A stretch of 64,000 nucleotides of DNA from Oculatellaceae cyanobacterium bins.114 (GTDB lineage Bacteria > Cyanobacteriota > Cyanobacteriia > Elainellales > Elainellaceae): NCBI GenBank assembly GCA_033764315.1, contig JANRJA010000193.1, positions 1 through 64,000 on the forward strand, written 5' to 3'. The translations under genes were made by a program, and so were the position numbers. Below are positions 1 through 8,409 of the stretch, piece after piece. The notes under the pieces were generated by a model. It was not told where the DNA came from, made no database searches, and worked only from the letters and a program-made list of their open reading frames with translations. The stretch's first letter is position 1; every line of letters begins with the position of its first letter.

Positions 1-125
1 CCCGTTGTCAGGTGTCCCTTTCGCAACGTTAATTCAAACTCATTGCTTTTCAAAATTAATTCCGCAACGTCTGTCTGATTTAACAGGGTCAGTAATTCAC
101 GGAGTTCATCAAAATTCAATTCCAC
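1..125 (-). CDS. accB: Acetyl-CoA carboxylase biotin carboxyl carrier protein, N-terminal part (runs off the window start)
   Basis: Manual translation from GTG at 125: MELNFDELRELLTLLNQTDVAELILKSNEFELTLRKG, a typical BCCP N-terminus. It lies downstream of efp, as in other cyanobacteria. Not in the ORF track. Confidence 0.9.
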   Translation of the reverse strand, partial: MELNFDELRELLTLLNQTDVAELILKSNEFELTLRKGHLTT

Positions 126-303
126 AGTTTTTATAACCCGGTTCAAATAAAATTTAGGTGTGAAGGGTTTTGCCCAGAGGGTGGATCATCGGGCAACGGC
201 ACTGCTGTCAGCCACCGTTGCACGTCCGATAAACCTTGTGCAGCACGACTCATAAACCATCCAAAAGCACTGGCGGCAACGACGCTGACACGAGTAATGA
301 ATA

Positions 304-861
304 TCACTCTCGCCCCAAGTAAGTATCCGTACGAGTGTCGATTTTAATCCGTTCTCCTACAGAAATGAAGAGTGGCACCATCACCTGCGCCCCTGTCTCT
401 AAAATCGCTGGTTTAGTACCTCCGGTCGCCGTGTCTCCCTTGACACCAGGATCGGTTTGAGTAATTTCTAAAACCACGGAGTTGGGCAATTCTACTTCAA
501 GGATTTGCTCTTCCCAGCGCACCACGCTGGCTTCCATGCCCTCTTTCAAATATTTGACGCGATCGCCAATTTGAGTTGCGGAGAGGCGGCTTTCCTCGTA
601 GGTTTCCATGTCCATAAAGACATAGTCATCCCCTTCTTTATAGGTATGTTGCATGACGCTTTTCTCAAGCGTTGCCTGGGGCACAGTCTCAGCCGCTCGG
701 AAGGTACGTTCAACTACGTTACCGTTCTGCACGTTCTTCAGTTTGGTCCGCACAAAGGCAGCCCCTTTACCCGGCTTGACATGCAGAAACTCTACTACCC
801 GCCACACGGAACCATCTAACACAATGCTGACACCGGGACGAAAGTCGTTACTGGAAATCAT
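304..861 (-). CDS. efp: Elongation factor P
   Basis: [10 protein letters not shown]...[17 protein letters not shown]...[11 protein letters not shown] motifs; start set at ATG 861. Confidence 0.98.
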   Translation of the reverse strand: MISSNDFRPGVSIVLDGSVWRVVEFLHVKPGKGAAFVRTKLKNVQNGNVVERTFRAAETVPQATLEKSVMQHTYKEGDDYVFMDMETYEESRLSATQIGDRVKYLKEGMEASVVRWEEQILEVELPNSVVLEITQTDPGVKGDTATGGTKPAILETGAQVMVPLFISVGERIKIDTRTDTYLGRE

Positions 862-1003
862 GAATCTATGCTGTCTCAGGAGAACAATCGGCAATTCATT
901 TTACCGCTTGTTGGGGCTATGGGATGTGGGAAGATTAAACATGAGAATTTTGTCGATGACATCGTCACGGTATTTTTCTGACTGTTGCTCTCCAGGAAAT
1001 CCA

Positions 1004-2137
1004 ATGATTGACGCCCTCAAACGCTGGCTCCGAGCAGGAATGGTTTCCGTGCTGCTCCTACTAGCATTGACATTAAATGTTGCTTTAGAAAGTAGCCCTG
1101 CCGCTGCAAGTTCTATTAGTACTGATATTCTCATTAGCCGATTGCCAGCGGGTAATCCGATTAGTGATGGCAAAGCTTTGTTGAGATATGCTCTGCCCAT
1201 CGACAATGGTGCAGTGCGAAAGTTACAGGTCTCGTTAGAAGAGATTTCAACGACTTTACGCGTGAGTCGAAAACGATTAAGTAGCATTAATGGCAATTTA
1301 ACTCAGGCCGAACGAATTCTGTCTCGTAAAGCAGAGTTGTTAGCCAGTGTTCCAAGCGATCGCCAACCCCAGGCTGAAACCTTAATTACTGAACTTGGAG
1401 AGGGAATTGCCACCATTCGAGCCGATATCGAGGCTCAGAACAGAGACGCAATTTGGGCAAAACGATCAGAATTATTAGACAAAATTGGTGAACTAGAAGA
1501 ATTGATGGTGACTGGCTTTCCCTATGAAGTGCCAGCCGAGTATAGTAATCTGCCTCAATTGAAAGGACGTGCCACGATTGAATTTAAGACCAGCAAAGGA
1601 GCGATCGAGGCGATCGTTGATGGCTACAGTGCCCCGGTGACGGCTGGAAACTTTGTCGATTTGGTCAAGCGCGGTTTCTATGATGGGTTGCCGTTTACCC
1701 GCGCAGAAGAATCTTACGTGCTGCAAGTGGGCGATCCCCCTGGTCCTGACGTTGGATTTATCGACCCTGACACCGGCAAATATCGAGCTGTTCCCCTAGA
1801 GGTGTTAGTCAAGGGTGACAAAGAACCCACCTATGGCATCACCTTAGAAGATGCTGGACGCTTCTTAGAGCAGCCTGTGTTGCCCTTCTCAGCCTATGGC
1901 GCATTAGCGTTAGCTCGGCCATCGAGCGATCCTAATGGCGGTTCCTCACAGTTCTTCTTCTTCTTGTTTGAGCCAGAGTTGACTCCCGCAGGGGCTAACT
2001 TGCTCGATGGTCGCTACTCCATTTTTGGATATGTGACTCAAGGCAAAGACGTGTTAGAGAAGCTGAAAGCAGGGGATCTGATCGAGTCGGCTCAGGTTCT
2101 TGATGGCTTAGAGAATTTGGTAGAGCCAACGGCTTAA
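1004..2137 (+). CDS. Cyclophilin-type peptidyl-prolyl isomerase, thylakoid-lumen TLP40/CYP38-like
   Basis: Signal-like N-terminus, LPAGNPISDGKALLRYALP helical domain, cyclophilin domain (APVTAGNFVDLV, GGSSQFFF, LLDGRYSIFGYV); start set at ATG 1004. Confidence 0.9.
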   Translation: MIDALKRWLRAGMVSVLLLLALTLNVALESSPAAASSISTDILISRLPAGNPISDGKALLRYALPIDNGAVRKLQVSLEEISTTLRVSRKRLSSINGNLTQAERILSRKAELLASVPSDRQPQAETLITELGEGIATIRADIEAQNRDAIWAKRSELLDKIGELEELMVTGFPYEVPAEYSNLPQLKGRATIEFKTSKGAIEAIVDGYSAPVTAGNFVDLVKRGFYDGLPFTRAEESYVLQVGDPPGPDVGFIDPDTGKYRAVPLEVLVKGDKEPTYGITLEDAGRFLEQPVLPFSAYGALALARPSSDPNGGSSQFFFFLFEPELTPAGANLLDGRYSIFGYVTQGKDVLEKLKAGDLIESAQVLDGLENLVEPTA

Positions 2138-2140
2138 AAC

Positions 2141-3193
2141 GTGACTGATTCATCGGACTTGCGAATGTCTGACTTGGGGGAACAAGGGCTGCTAAAACGA
2201 TTGCAGAGCTTTTGTCCCCCTGAGTTTGTGGGCGATGATGCTGCCCTGCTAACCGTGTCACCGGGGCGATCGCTCGTCGTGACAACTGATGTGTTGGTGG
2301 ATGGCGTACATTTTAGCGATCGCACAACTTCCGCGCTGGATGTGGGTTGGCGAGCCGCCGCCGCCAATCTCTCCGATCTGGCAGCAATGGGAGCAACTCC
2401 ATTAGGCATTACGGTTGGCTTGAGCATTCCGGGTGATCTTTCAGTTATTTGGATTGAGCAGCTCTATCAAGGATTGGTTGCCTGTTTACAGCCCTATCAA
2501 ACCCCAATTGTGGGTGGCGATATTTGCCGTTCTCAGGTGGTTACAGTCGCTATTACAGCTTTGGGACAGGTTGATCCTAGTCAAGTCATTCGCCGCAACG
2601 GTGCCCACCCTGGAGATGCCATTTTGGTGACGGGGGTGCATGGAGCCTCTAGAGCCGGACTGGAGTTATTGCTGCATCCCCAACAAGGGCAAGAGTTAAC
2701 GGAGAGCGATTACCCCAAGAGGGGAACTGCTTCGCATCGCACCACATTAATTCAGGCTCATCAACGCCCCATTCCTCGACTAGACGTGATTCCCCTGTTG
2801 CATACTGCCTTTGCTGCTAAGGGAAATGAAGCCCCGTTTAGAGTCGGAGGCATGGACAGCAGCGATGGTTTAGCGGATGCTGTCTTGCAGATTTGCCGCG
2901 CTAGTGGAGTGGGTGCCTGTCTTGAACGCCACCAAATTCCCATGCCTGCTGCATTTCAGTCGTGGTTATCACCAGAGCAAGCGATCGAATGGGCATTGTA
3001 TGGGGGCGAAGACTTTGAACTGGTGCTCTGTCTACCAACAGCGATCGCCCACTCAGTTCAGGCAAAACTCGGTTCTCCAGCCGCGATCGTCGGCACGATT
3101 ACCGCCGATCCTCAGGTCGTCCTGCACGACTCCACGGGACTATACTCAAACGAGGTGCTCACTCTCAATCGAGGGTTTCAACACTTCTCGTAA
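2141..3193 (+). CDS. thiL: Thiamine-monophosphate kinase
   Basis: GDDAA, DVLVDGVHF, AAANLSDLAAMGA, MDSSDGL, GGEDFEL motifs; carries an in-frame 27-nt insertion at 2711-2737. Confidence 0.97.
   Translation: MTDSSDLRMSDLGEQGLLKRLQSFCPPEFVGDDAALLTVSPGRSLVVTTDVLVDGVHFSDRTTSALDVGWRAAAANLSDLAAMGATPLGITVGLSIPGDLSVIWIEQLYQGLVACLQPYQTPIVGGDICRSQVVTVAITALGQVDPSQVIRRNGAHPGDAILVTGVHGASRAGLELLLHPQQGQELTESDYPKRGTASHRTTLIQAHQRPIPRLDVIPLLHTAFAAKGNEAPFRVGGMDSSDGLADAVLQICRASGVGACLERHQIPMPAAFQSWLSPEQAIEWALYGGEDFELVLCLPTAIAHSVQAKLGSPAAIVGTITADPQVVLHDSTGLYSNEVLTLNRGFQHFS
2706..2740 (+). mobile_element. 27-nt small dispersed element inserted in a HIP1 site (copy 1, inside thiL)
   Basis: GCGAT|TACCCCAAGAGGGGAACTGCTTCGCAT|CGC; related 27-mers at 14547 and 51832. 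Confidence 0.8.
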
Positions 3194-3198
3194 AGGTT

Positions 3199-4248
3199 AT
3201 GGCTAATATCACATACGACACGTTGTTCAACACGATCGCCACACTCGTGATGCACCATTCTCCTAGTGGTGCAGAGACAGAAATTGACCGATTCCTCATG
3301 CACCGCTTCCAGGAGCTAGGGGTTGAGGCATGGCAGGATGACGCTGGCAACGCGATCGCCAAACTTCCAGGACGTGATCCCAGTCGAGCGATCGCCATCA
3401 CCGCTCACAAAGATGAAATTGGAGGCATTGTCAAGCGAGTTGCCACCGAGGGCAAGGTCGAAGTTCGCAGATTAGGGGGTGCGTTTCCCTGGGTCTATGG
3501 CGAAGGCGTAGTGGATTTATTGGGAGATCACCAGACGATCAGCGGCATTCTTAGTTTTGGCTCTCGTCACGTGTCTCACGAGTCTCCTCAAAAGATTCAA
3601 CAAGACGACAAAGCCGTCCGGTGGGAAGATGCCTGGGTTGAAACCAAACTTACCACCGACGAGTTAGAGACGGTGGGGATTCGCCCCGGCACCCGTGTGG
3701 TCGTGGGCAAACACCGCAAACAACCCTTTCGCCTCAAAGATCACATTGCCAGTTACACGCTGGACAACAAAGCCTCAATCGCCATCTTGTTGGCACTCGC
3801 CGAGCACGTCAAACAACCTGCTGTGGATGTCTATCTGGTGGCATCAGCCAAAGAAGAAGTCGGCGCGATCGGGGCATTGTATTTCACCAAAAATCAACAG
3901 TTGGATGCCTTGATCGCTTTAGAAATTTGCCCCCTTTCAGAGGAATATCCGATTCAGGATGGAGTTGCACCCGTCCTCTTGTCTCAAGATGGCTACGGGG
4001 TATATGACGAAGGTCTAAACTCCACCTTGCGTCAGATTGCCCATCGACTCCAAATTCCGCTACAACTAGCAACGATTAGCGGATTTGGCAGTGACGGCTC
4101 GATCGCCATGAAAAATGGTCATGTCGGGCGGGCAGCTTGTTTGAGCTTTCCCACCCAAAACACCCACGGCTATGAGATTGCTCATTTGGGGGCGATCGCC
4201 CATTGCATCGATATCCTTAAAGCCTATTGTGAAGCGGTCGATGAGTAA
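3199..4248 (+). CDS. M42-family metallopeptidase / aminopeptidase
   Basis: SPSGAE, AHKDEIG, LDNKAS, KEEVG, GSDG, THGYE metal-ligand motifs. Confidence 0.9.
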   Translation: MANITYDTLFNTIATLVMHHSPSGAETEIDRFLMHRFQELGVEAWQDDAGNAIAKLPGRDPSRAIAITAHKDEIGGIVKRVATEGKVEVRRLGGAFPWVYGEGVVDLLGDHQTISGILSFGSRHVSHESPQKIQQDDKAVRWEDAWVETKLTTDELETVGIRPGTRVVVGKHRKQPFRLKDHIASYTLDNKASIAILLALAEHVKQPAVDVYLVASAKEEVGAIGALYFTKNQQLDALIALEICPLSEEYPIQDGVAPVLLSQDGYGVYDEGLNSTLRQIAHRLQIPLQLATISGFGSDGSIAMKNGHVGRAACLSFPTQNTHGYEIAHLGAIAHCIDILKAYCEAVDE

Positions 4249-4276
4249 ATGGGTGGATAGGTGGATGGGTAGATGA
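4240..4276 (+). repeat. Short tandem repeat (STRR-like GGATGGGT/GGATAGGT 8-mers)
   Basis: gatgagta aatgggtg gataggtg gatgggta gatg. Confidence 0.55.
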
Positions 4277-4407
4277 AATATTTGTAACTCCAGTAATCCC
4301 CCAGCCATCCCCACGCTCTCCTGATGTAACGACCTGTGAATCCTGCCCGGTTGATCCCCATGATTCCTTAAAATGAGCCTAGAGCACTCAAATTCAACTG
4401 GCTAACT

Positions 4408-4872
4408 ATGACCACTACTGTTGCTGATGTAATGACCCACGATCCGATCGTGGTGCAGCCAGAGACCTCCCTCAAAGATGCGATTCAAATCCTGGCAGAA
4501 AAACGAATTAGCGGTCTTCCGGTGGTTGACTCTAACAGCAAATTAGTTGGGGTCATTTCAGAGACTGACCTGATGTGGCAAGAGACAGGTGTGACTCCCC
4601 CGGCATACATCATGCTGCTCGACAGCGTTATTTATCTGGAAAACCCCAATAAATATGACCGTGACTTACACAAAGCTCTGGGACAAACCGTAGGTGAAGT
4701 CATGACCAAAGAGGTTGTCACGGTGAAACCCAATCGACCGTTGCGAGAAGCGGCTCAATTGATGCACGAACGCAGCATTAACCGATTACCTGTCTTAGAC
4801 GAAACCGACAAAGTGATTGGTATTGTGACTCGTGGCGACATTGTTCGCTTTATGGCAGCCCATCAAGGCTAG
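4408..4872 (+). CDS. Tandem CBS-domain protein
   Basis: Two CBS repeats (ISGLPVVD...GVISETD; INRLPVLD...GIVTRGD). Confidence 0.93.
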   Translation: MTTTVADVMTHDPIVVQPETSLKDAIQILAEKRISGLPVVDSNSKLVGVISETDLMWQETGVTPPAYIMLLDSVIYLENPNKYDRDLHKALGQTVGEVMTKEVVTVKPNRPLREAAQLMHERSINRLPVLDETDKVIGIVTRGDIVRFMAAHQG

Positions 4873-4948
4873 GTCAATTAGAGCAAGACAGCTCTCTTGC
4901 ACAACGCGATGTGCCTTTTTAATTATAGATTTTGGAAAGAATAATAAT

Positions 4949-5614
4949 ATGACTGTTACGCCTGACTCTGTTCAACAATTATTGAATTCAGAAGATTATG
5001 GGCAACGGTTGAGTGCTATCAATCAGTTGCGTCAGCTTGAACCTGCGATCGCCTTTGAGCTAGTTCAAACCGTTGTGAGTGACTCCAATGCCCGAGTTCG
5101 TTATGCGGCCATTAGTCAATTAGCAACCTTAGGACAACAAGATCTCCACAAATCACTGACAGTCTTGCGCGATCGCCTCTTAAACGATCCAGAAGCTGAT
5201 GTCCAGGCAGCCGCCGCCGACTCAATTGGGGCACTGCAACTGACAGAAGCCTTTGAAGATTTGCAAACGCTATATCAAACCTCGTCAGAATGGTTGGTGC
5301 AATTCAGTATTATTGCGGCTCTAGGCGAGTTAGGAGATCCCCGTTCGTTTGAGCTATTGCAATCAGCTTTAGAGTCTAGCAATGAATTGATCCGCACAGT
5401 GGCCGTAGGCTCCTTAGGAGAATTGGGTGACAGTCGTGCTCTGCCACTCTTGATCCCCTATGCGTCGGATCAAGATTCCCAGATTCGCTATCGAGTCGCA
5501 CAAGCATTAGGTCGCTTAAAGCACCCTCAGGCTCTAGCAGTGCTGGAGGTGTTAGCCAAAGATGAAGTTGAAACGGTAGCCCGTGAAGCTAAAGTTCATC
5601 TTCAGTCTGCATGA
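4949..5614 (+). CDS. nblB: HEAT-repeat phycobilisome degradation protein NblB-like
   Basis: PBS-lyase HEAT repeats (RVRYAA, DVQAAAADSIG, WLVQFSIIAALGELGD); CBS-nblB adjacency typical of cyanobacteria; start ATG 4949. Confidence 0.8.
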   Translation: MTVTPDSVQQLLNSEDYGQRLSAINQLRQLEPAIAFELVQTVVSDSNARVRYAAISQLATLGQQDLHKSLTVLRDRLLNDPEADVQAAAADSIGALQLTEAFEDLQTLYQTSSEWLVQFSIIAALGELGDPRSFELLQSALESSNELIRTVAVGSLGELGDSRALPLLIPYASDQDSQIRYRVAQALGRLKHPQALAVLEVLAKDEVETVAREAKVHLQSA

Positions 5615-5673
5615 AGACCCTTACTACCACTCCAAAGGAATTTCAGCGTAAATCCAGTAATGGGCAATGCCAA

Positions 5674-5931
5674 TTACCGATGATGGAAGTAATTGATGAT
5701 GCCCTCTTCAGCTTTGATTATTGGCAAAAACATGTGGTACTCCCACCCTTCTCCAGCAGGGCGATCTCTCTTGGCAATGTAATCTTGTCGGAGTCCGCTT
5801 TTACCGTCTGCTCCGGAGTAGTGTTCTACGGTTTGAAAAACGGCCACTCTAGCGCACGCATAACTGAGGAAGTACAGGCACAACACGCTGAGTAGGGGAG
5901 GAAATAGTTTTTTGACCTCTTGCATAATCAT
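5674..5931 (-). CDS. Small hypothetical protein with N-terminal hydrophobic segment
   Basis: MIMQEVKKLFPPLLSVLCLYFLSYACARV...; no recognised family. Confidence 0.4.
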   Translation of the reverse strand: MIMQEVKKLFPPLLSVLCLYFLSYACARVAVFQTVEHYSGADGKSGLRQDYIAKRDRPAGEGWEYHMFLPIIKAEEGIINYFHHR

Positions 5932-6530
5932 TGAGTAAATCGTGAAAATACCGAGCCTGAGTGAGCAAATCTCAACTGGCGATCGCTCTCGTACCGTAAA
6001 GACAGTAGAGTGCTGCTGAAAAGTTCCCAATTTTTTGCTGTGATTCAATAATCCCTTGTGAACCTCACAGCACGCAGCTTCGACTCACGTTTCGTAGCCC
6101 AAAAACGCAGCTTTGATGAAAGACGCGATCGTCCTCACAAAGCTTTTGTATTCACAGACACAACTTTAAAGACTGCGTAAACGTTGACCAGAGAGGGTGA
6201 CAAACCCACTGGCTCTCTAAGTATGATTGTTGACATAGAGACGCTGAAAAAAGTTTCGCGTTTCAGTGAATCTACTACTCCATGCACGTCTCTCTAACCG
6301 TTCAAATGGTGTGTCTGGTAAATGCTCTAATTTGTTCCCCCACGTCTCGCCCCATCTACCTTTACTAAGCGAGCCAACCACACCTCAGTGCGATCGCGAG
6401 TTTCCACAGAGAGCGATTAAATTACAAATTTTTCATTGATTAGCTGAGTCAGGCTTCATTCTTGGGTGGCTTTTGTTCACCCGATTGGTACTGCTTGCAT
6501 CTCCATCCTCTCTACCCCTTTGCCTAATTG

Positions 6531-6695
6531 AACGTCAGTTCGGTTTAAGAGCCTAGCGAATAAATTCGCGGCTATCAGAGCGAAGTTCGCCTTCGCGAAC
6601 TACGGAAAATCAAGGGTTGAGTGAACCGACGCAGGTCGGTTTTGCTCCTGTAGTTGCGGTTTCAACCGCCAAAATCCTTATCCCGAATTCACGTT
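6531..6695. mobile_element. 165-bp MITE-like element
   Basis: Imperfect 19-bp terminal inverted repeats (AACGTCAGTTCGGTTTAAG / CTTATCCCGAATTCACGTT), flanking AATTG direct repeat at 6526-6530 and 6696-6700, internal REP-like hairpins. Confidence 0.75.
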
Positions 6696-6819
6696 AATTG
6701 ACTTCTTGCAACTTGCTAGAGAGCTTTGCAGGTCAGTTTTTGCTGGCAACTGATTGATTTTTGCAAGACCCATATTCCTTCCTTCCTCACTCAACACTCA
6801 AATTCTTAGGAGAATGGCG

Positions 6820-7563
6820 ATGACAACGACTCTTCAAAAATATTTGACCATTGCAACCGCAGCTACAGCAGCAACTGCTGCACTCGGAGGTCTCGCTGGC
6901 TCTGCTGAGGCGGCCACCTTTGGCACAAGTGGCATTCAGTTTGACCAAGACACTGACGTTAACTTTACATTTCAAGTTTCCCACGGGGCATATAAGTCAA
7001 CCTTAAGCATCTATGAAGTGGTTAGTGGAGCAGTTGCAGAAAATAGTGCTTTTGTTCTGTTTTCTGAGACTAGAGGAACAGACAACAATTGCGCCAATGA
7101 GTGCAAAGGAACCTTTGGTAATGCTGTCACTTCTCAGACTGGCTCTCAAACCGTCTCCTACAAGTTTCTAGGTGGAAAGACATACACTTTGGGACTGGAC
7201 AGCGGAAGGGCAGGAAGAGTGTACTCAACCAATACATTGAACTTGTTCAACAATACCAACACCCAACAGGCGGTGTTTGGGCCTAATGTAGCGGAAGAGC
7301 TAGATGGCTCGACAACAAACAACTTTGCCCTCGCCTCACAACGGACACAAGCAGATCCTTATGTAGCAGGAGGAGTTGACGTCGGGTTTGACGATCGCGG
7401 CAATCGCAACGACACTGACTTTCAAGACTTTGTTGTAACCGCACAGGCAATCCGTCCTGAGATCAAAGAAGAGCCAGAATCTGTACCAGAGCCTGCTACT
7501 TTGGCAGGGTTGGGCTTGGCTGCAAGCACTTTGGTGTTGTCTCGTCGGCGCAAGAAGGCTTAA
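6820..7563 (+). CDS. PEP-CTERM sorting-domain exported protein (DUF4114-like Asp-rich motif)
   Basis: Signal peptide ending AEA-A; GFDDRGNRNDTDFQDFVV; C-terminal VPEPATLAGLGLAASTLVLSRRRKKA; AGGAGA RBS before the start. Confidence 0.92.
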   Translation: MTTTLQKYLTIATAATAATAALGGLAGSAEAATFGTSGIQFDQDTDVNFTFQVSHGAYKSTLSIYEVVSGAVAENSAFVLFSETRGTDNNCANECKGTFGNAVTSQTGSQTVSYKFLGGKTYTLGLDSGRAGRVYSTNTLNLFNNTNTQQAVFGPNVAEELDGSTTNNFALASQRTQADPYVAGGVDVGFDDRGNRNDTDFQDFVVTAQAIRPEIKEEPESVPEPATLAGLGLAASTLVLSRRRKKA

Positions 7564-7589
7564 TTCTTTCAGTCATCAGAAACCAGCAG

Positions 7590-7624
7590 CTATCCCTCTT
7601 GCTCATCAAGGGGGATAGGTTTTT
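7590..7624 (+). terminator. Rho-independent terminator after the PEP-CTERM gene
   Basis: CTATCCCTCTTG-ctcat-CAAGGGGGATAG stem followed by GTTTTT. Confidence 0.75.
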
Positions 7625-7825
7625 CCTATAGATGGCAGCGATCGCTTCGTGCTACAATAGTCATAGTCCAGTGGGAATACTGGAGTTTGTAAGGTAAGCA
7701 TCTACATCGTTTGACTTACTACCGCTATCACCAGATAGCAATTACATTCCAGGCGACCTCTGATCTCCCCTTTTGGGTTATCAAGAGTAGCTCCTATCCA
7801 CTTGCAAGCAGTGAGGTTCTATTGA

Positions 7826-8272
7826 GTGATTGCTATCTCTCTGCGCCCAACGGGACGCAGGTGGGGCACCGTCAGCTTCGCCTCCACTCTTCATCTTTCT
7901 CCTGTTTTAGATTTGCTCTTGGCCGATGTTCCGCTGCGATGGCAGCCTGAGATCCGGCTCGGTTTGCAAGAAGCTTTGGTGAATGCTGCTAAGCACGGCA
8001 ACAATCTGGATCCTAGAAAAAAGGTCTTGGTTGAGTTCTTTATTGTCGAAGGGCAGCATTGGTGGATTATTGCTGATCAGGGGGCTGGTTTTTCCCCCTC
8101 ATGTTCCTGTACGCTCGATTGCACCCAAAAACATGTGCAAGAAGTAGACGAGTGTGGACGAGGGCTTTATATCTTACACCAGGTTTTTGATCAGGTTCAT
8201 TGGAACGAAGATGGCACTGAGTTAAGGCTCTGCAAAGAGGTCAAACAGTCGGCTCGGTTGCCACTTCTGTAA
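7826..8272 (+). CDS. pmgA: Anti-sigma factor / RsbW-like ATP-binding protein PmgA
   Basis: SFASTLHL, EIRLGLQEALVNAAKHGN, DQGAGF, ECGRGLYILHQVFDQVHWN: HATPase_c_2 of the cyanobacterial PmgA type. Confidence 0.85.
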   Translation: MIAISLRPTGRRWGTVSFASTLHLSPVLDLLLADVPLRWQPEIRLGLQEALVNAAKHGNNLDPRKKVLVEFFIVEGQHWWIIADQGAGFSPSCSCTLDCTQKHVQEVDECGRGLYILHQVFDQVHWNEDGTELRLCKEVKQSARLPLL

Positions 8273-8344
8273 TCAGCCTCGGAAACTGAACTCAGTAAAT
8301 GAATTCACGGCTATTGGAACGCAGTCTGTGGCTTGATGGCTTGG

Positions 8345-8380
8345 CTGAGCTTTGCTGAACGTCTAAGCCTTGCCGAAGTC
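8345..8380 (+). repeat. Pair of short dispersed repeats (CTGAGC...GCCGAAGT family)
   Basis: CTGAGCTTTGCTGAACGT then CTAAGCCTTGCCGAAGTC; related copy CTGAGTTCACGCCGAAGTC at 62461-62479. Confidence 0.5.
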
Positions 8381-8409
8381 TGCGATTTCAATCGCCCCTC
8401 CCCTGACCG

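Noticed and set aside
653-1003. N-terminal extension of the cyclophilin ORF overlapping efp
   Set aside because: Antisense to efp; a plausible signal peptide starts at ATG 1004.
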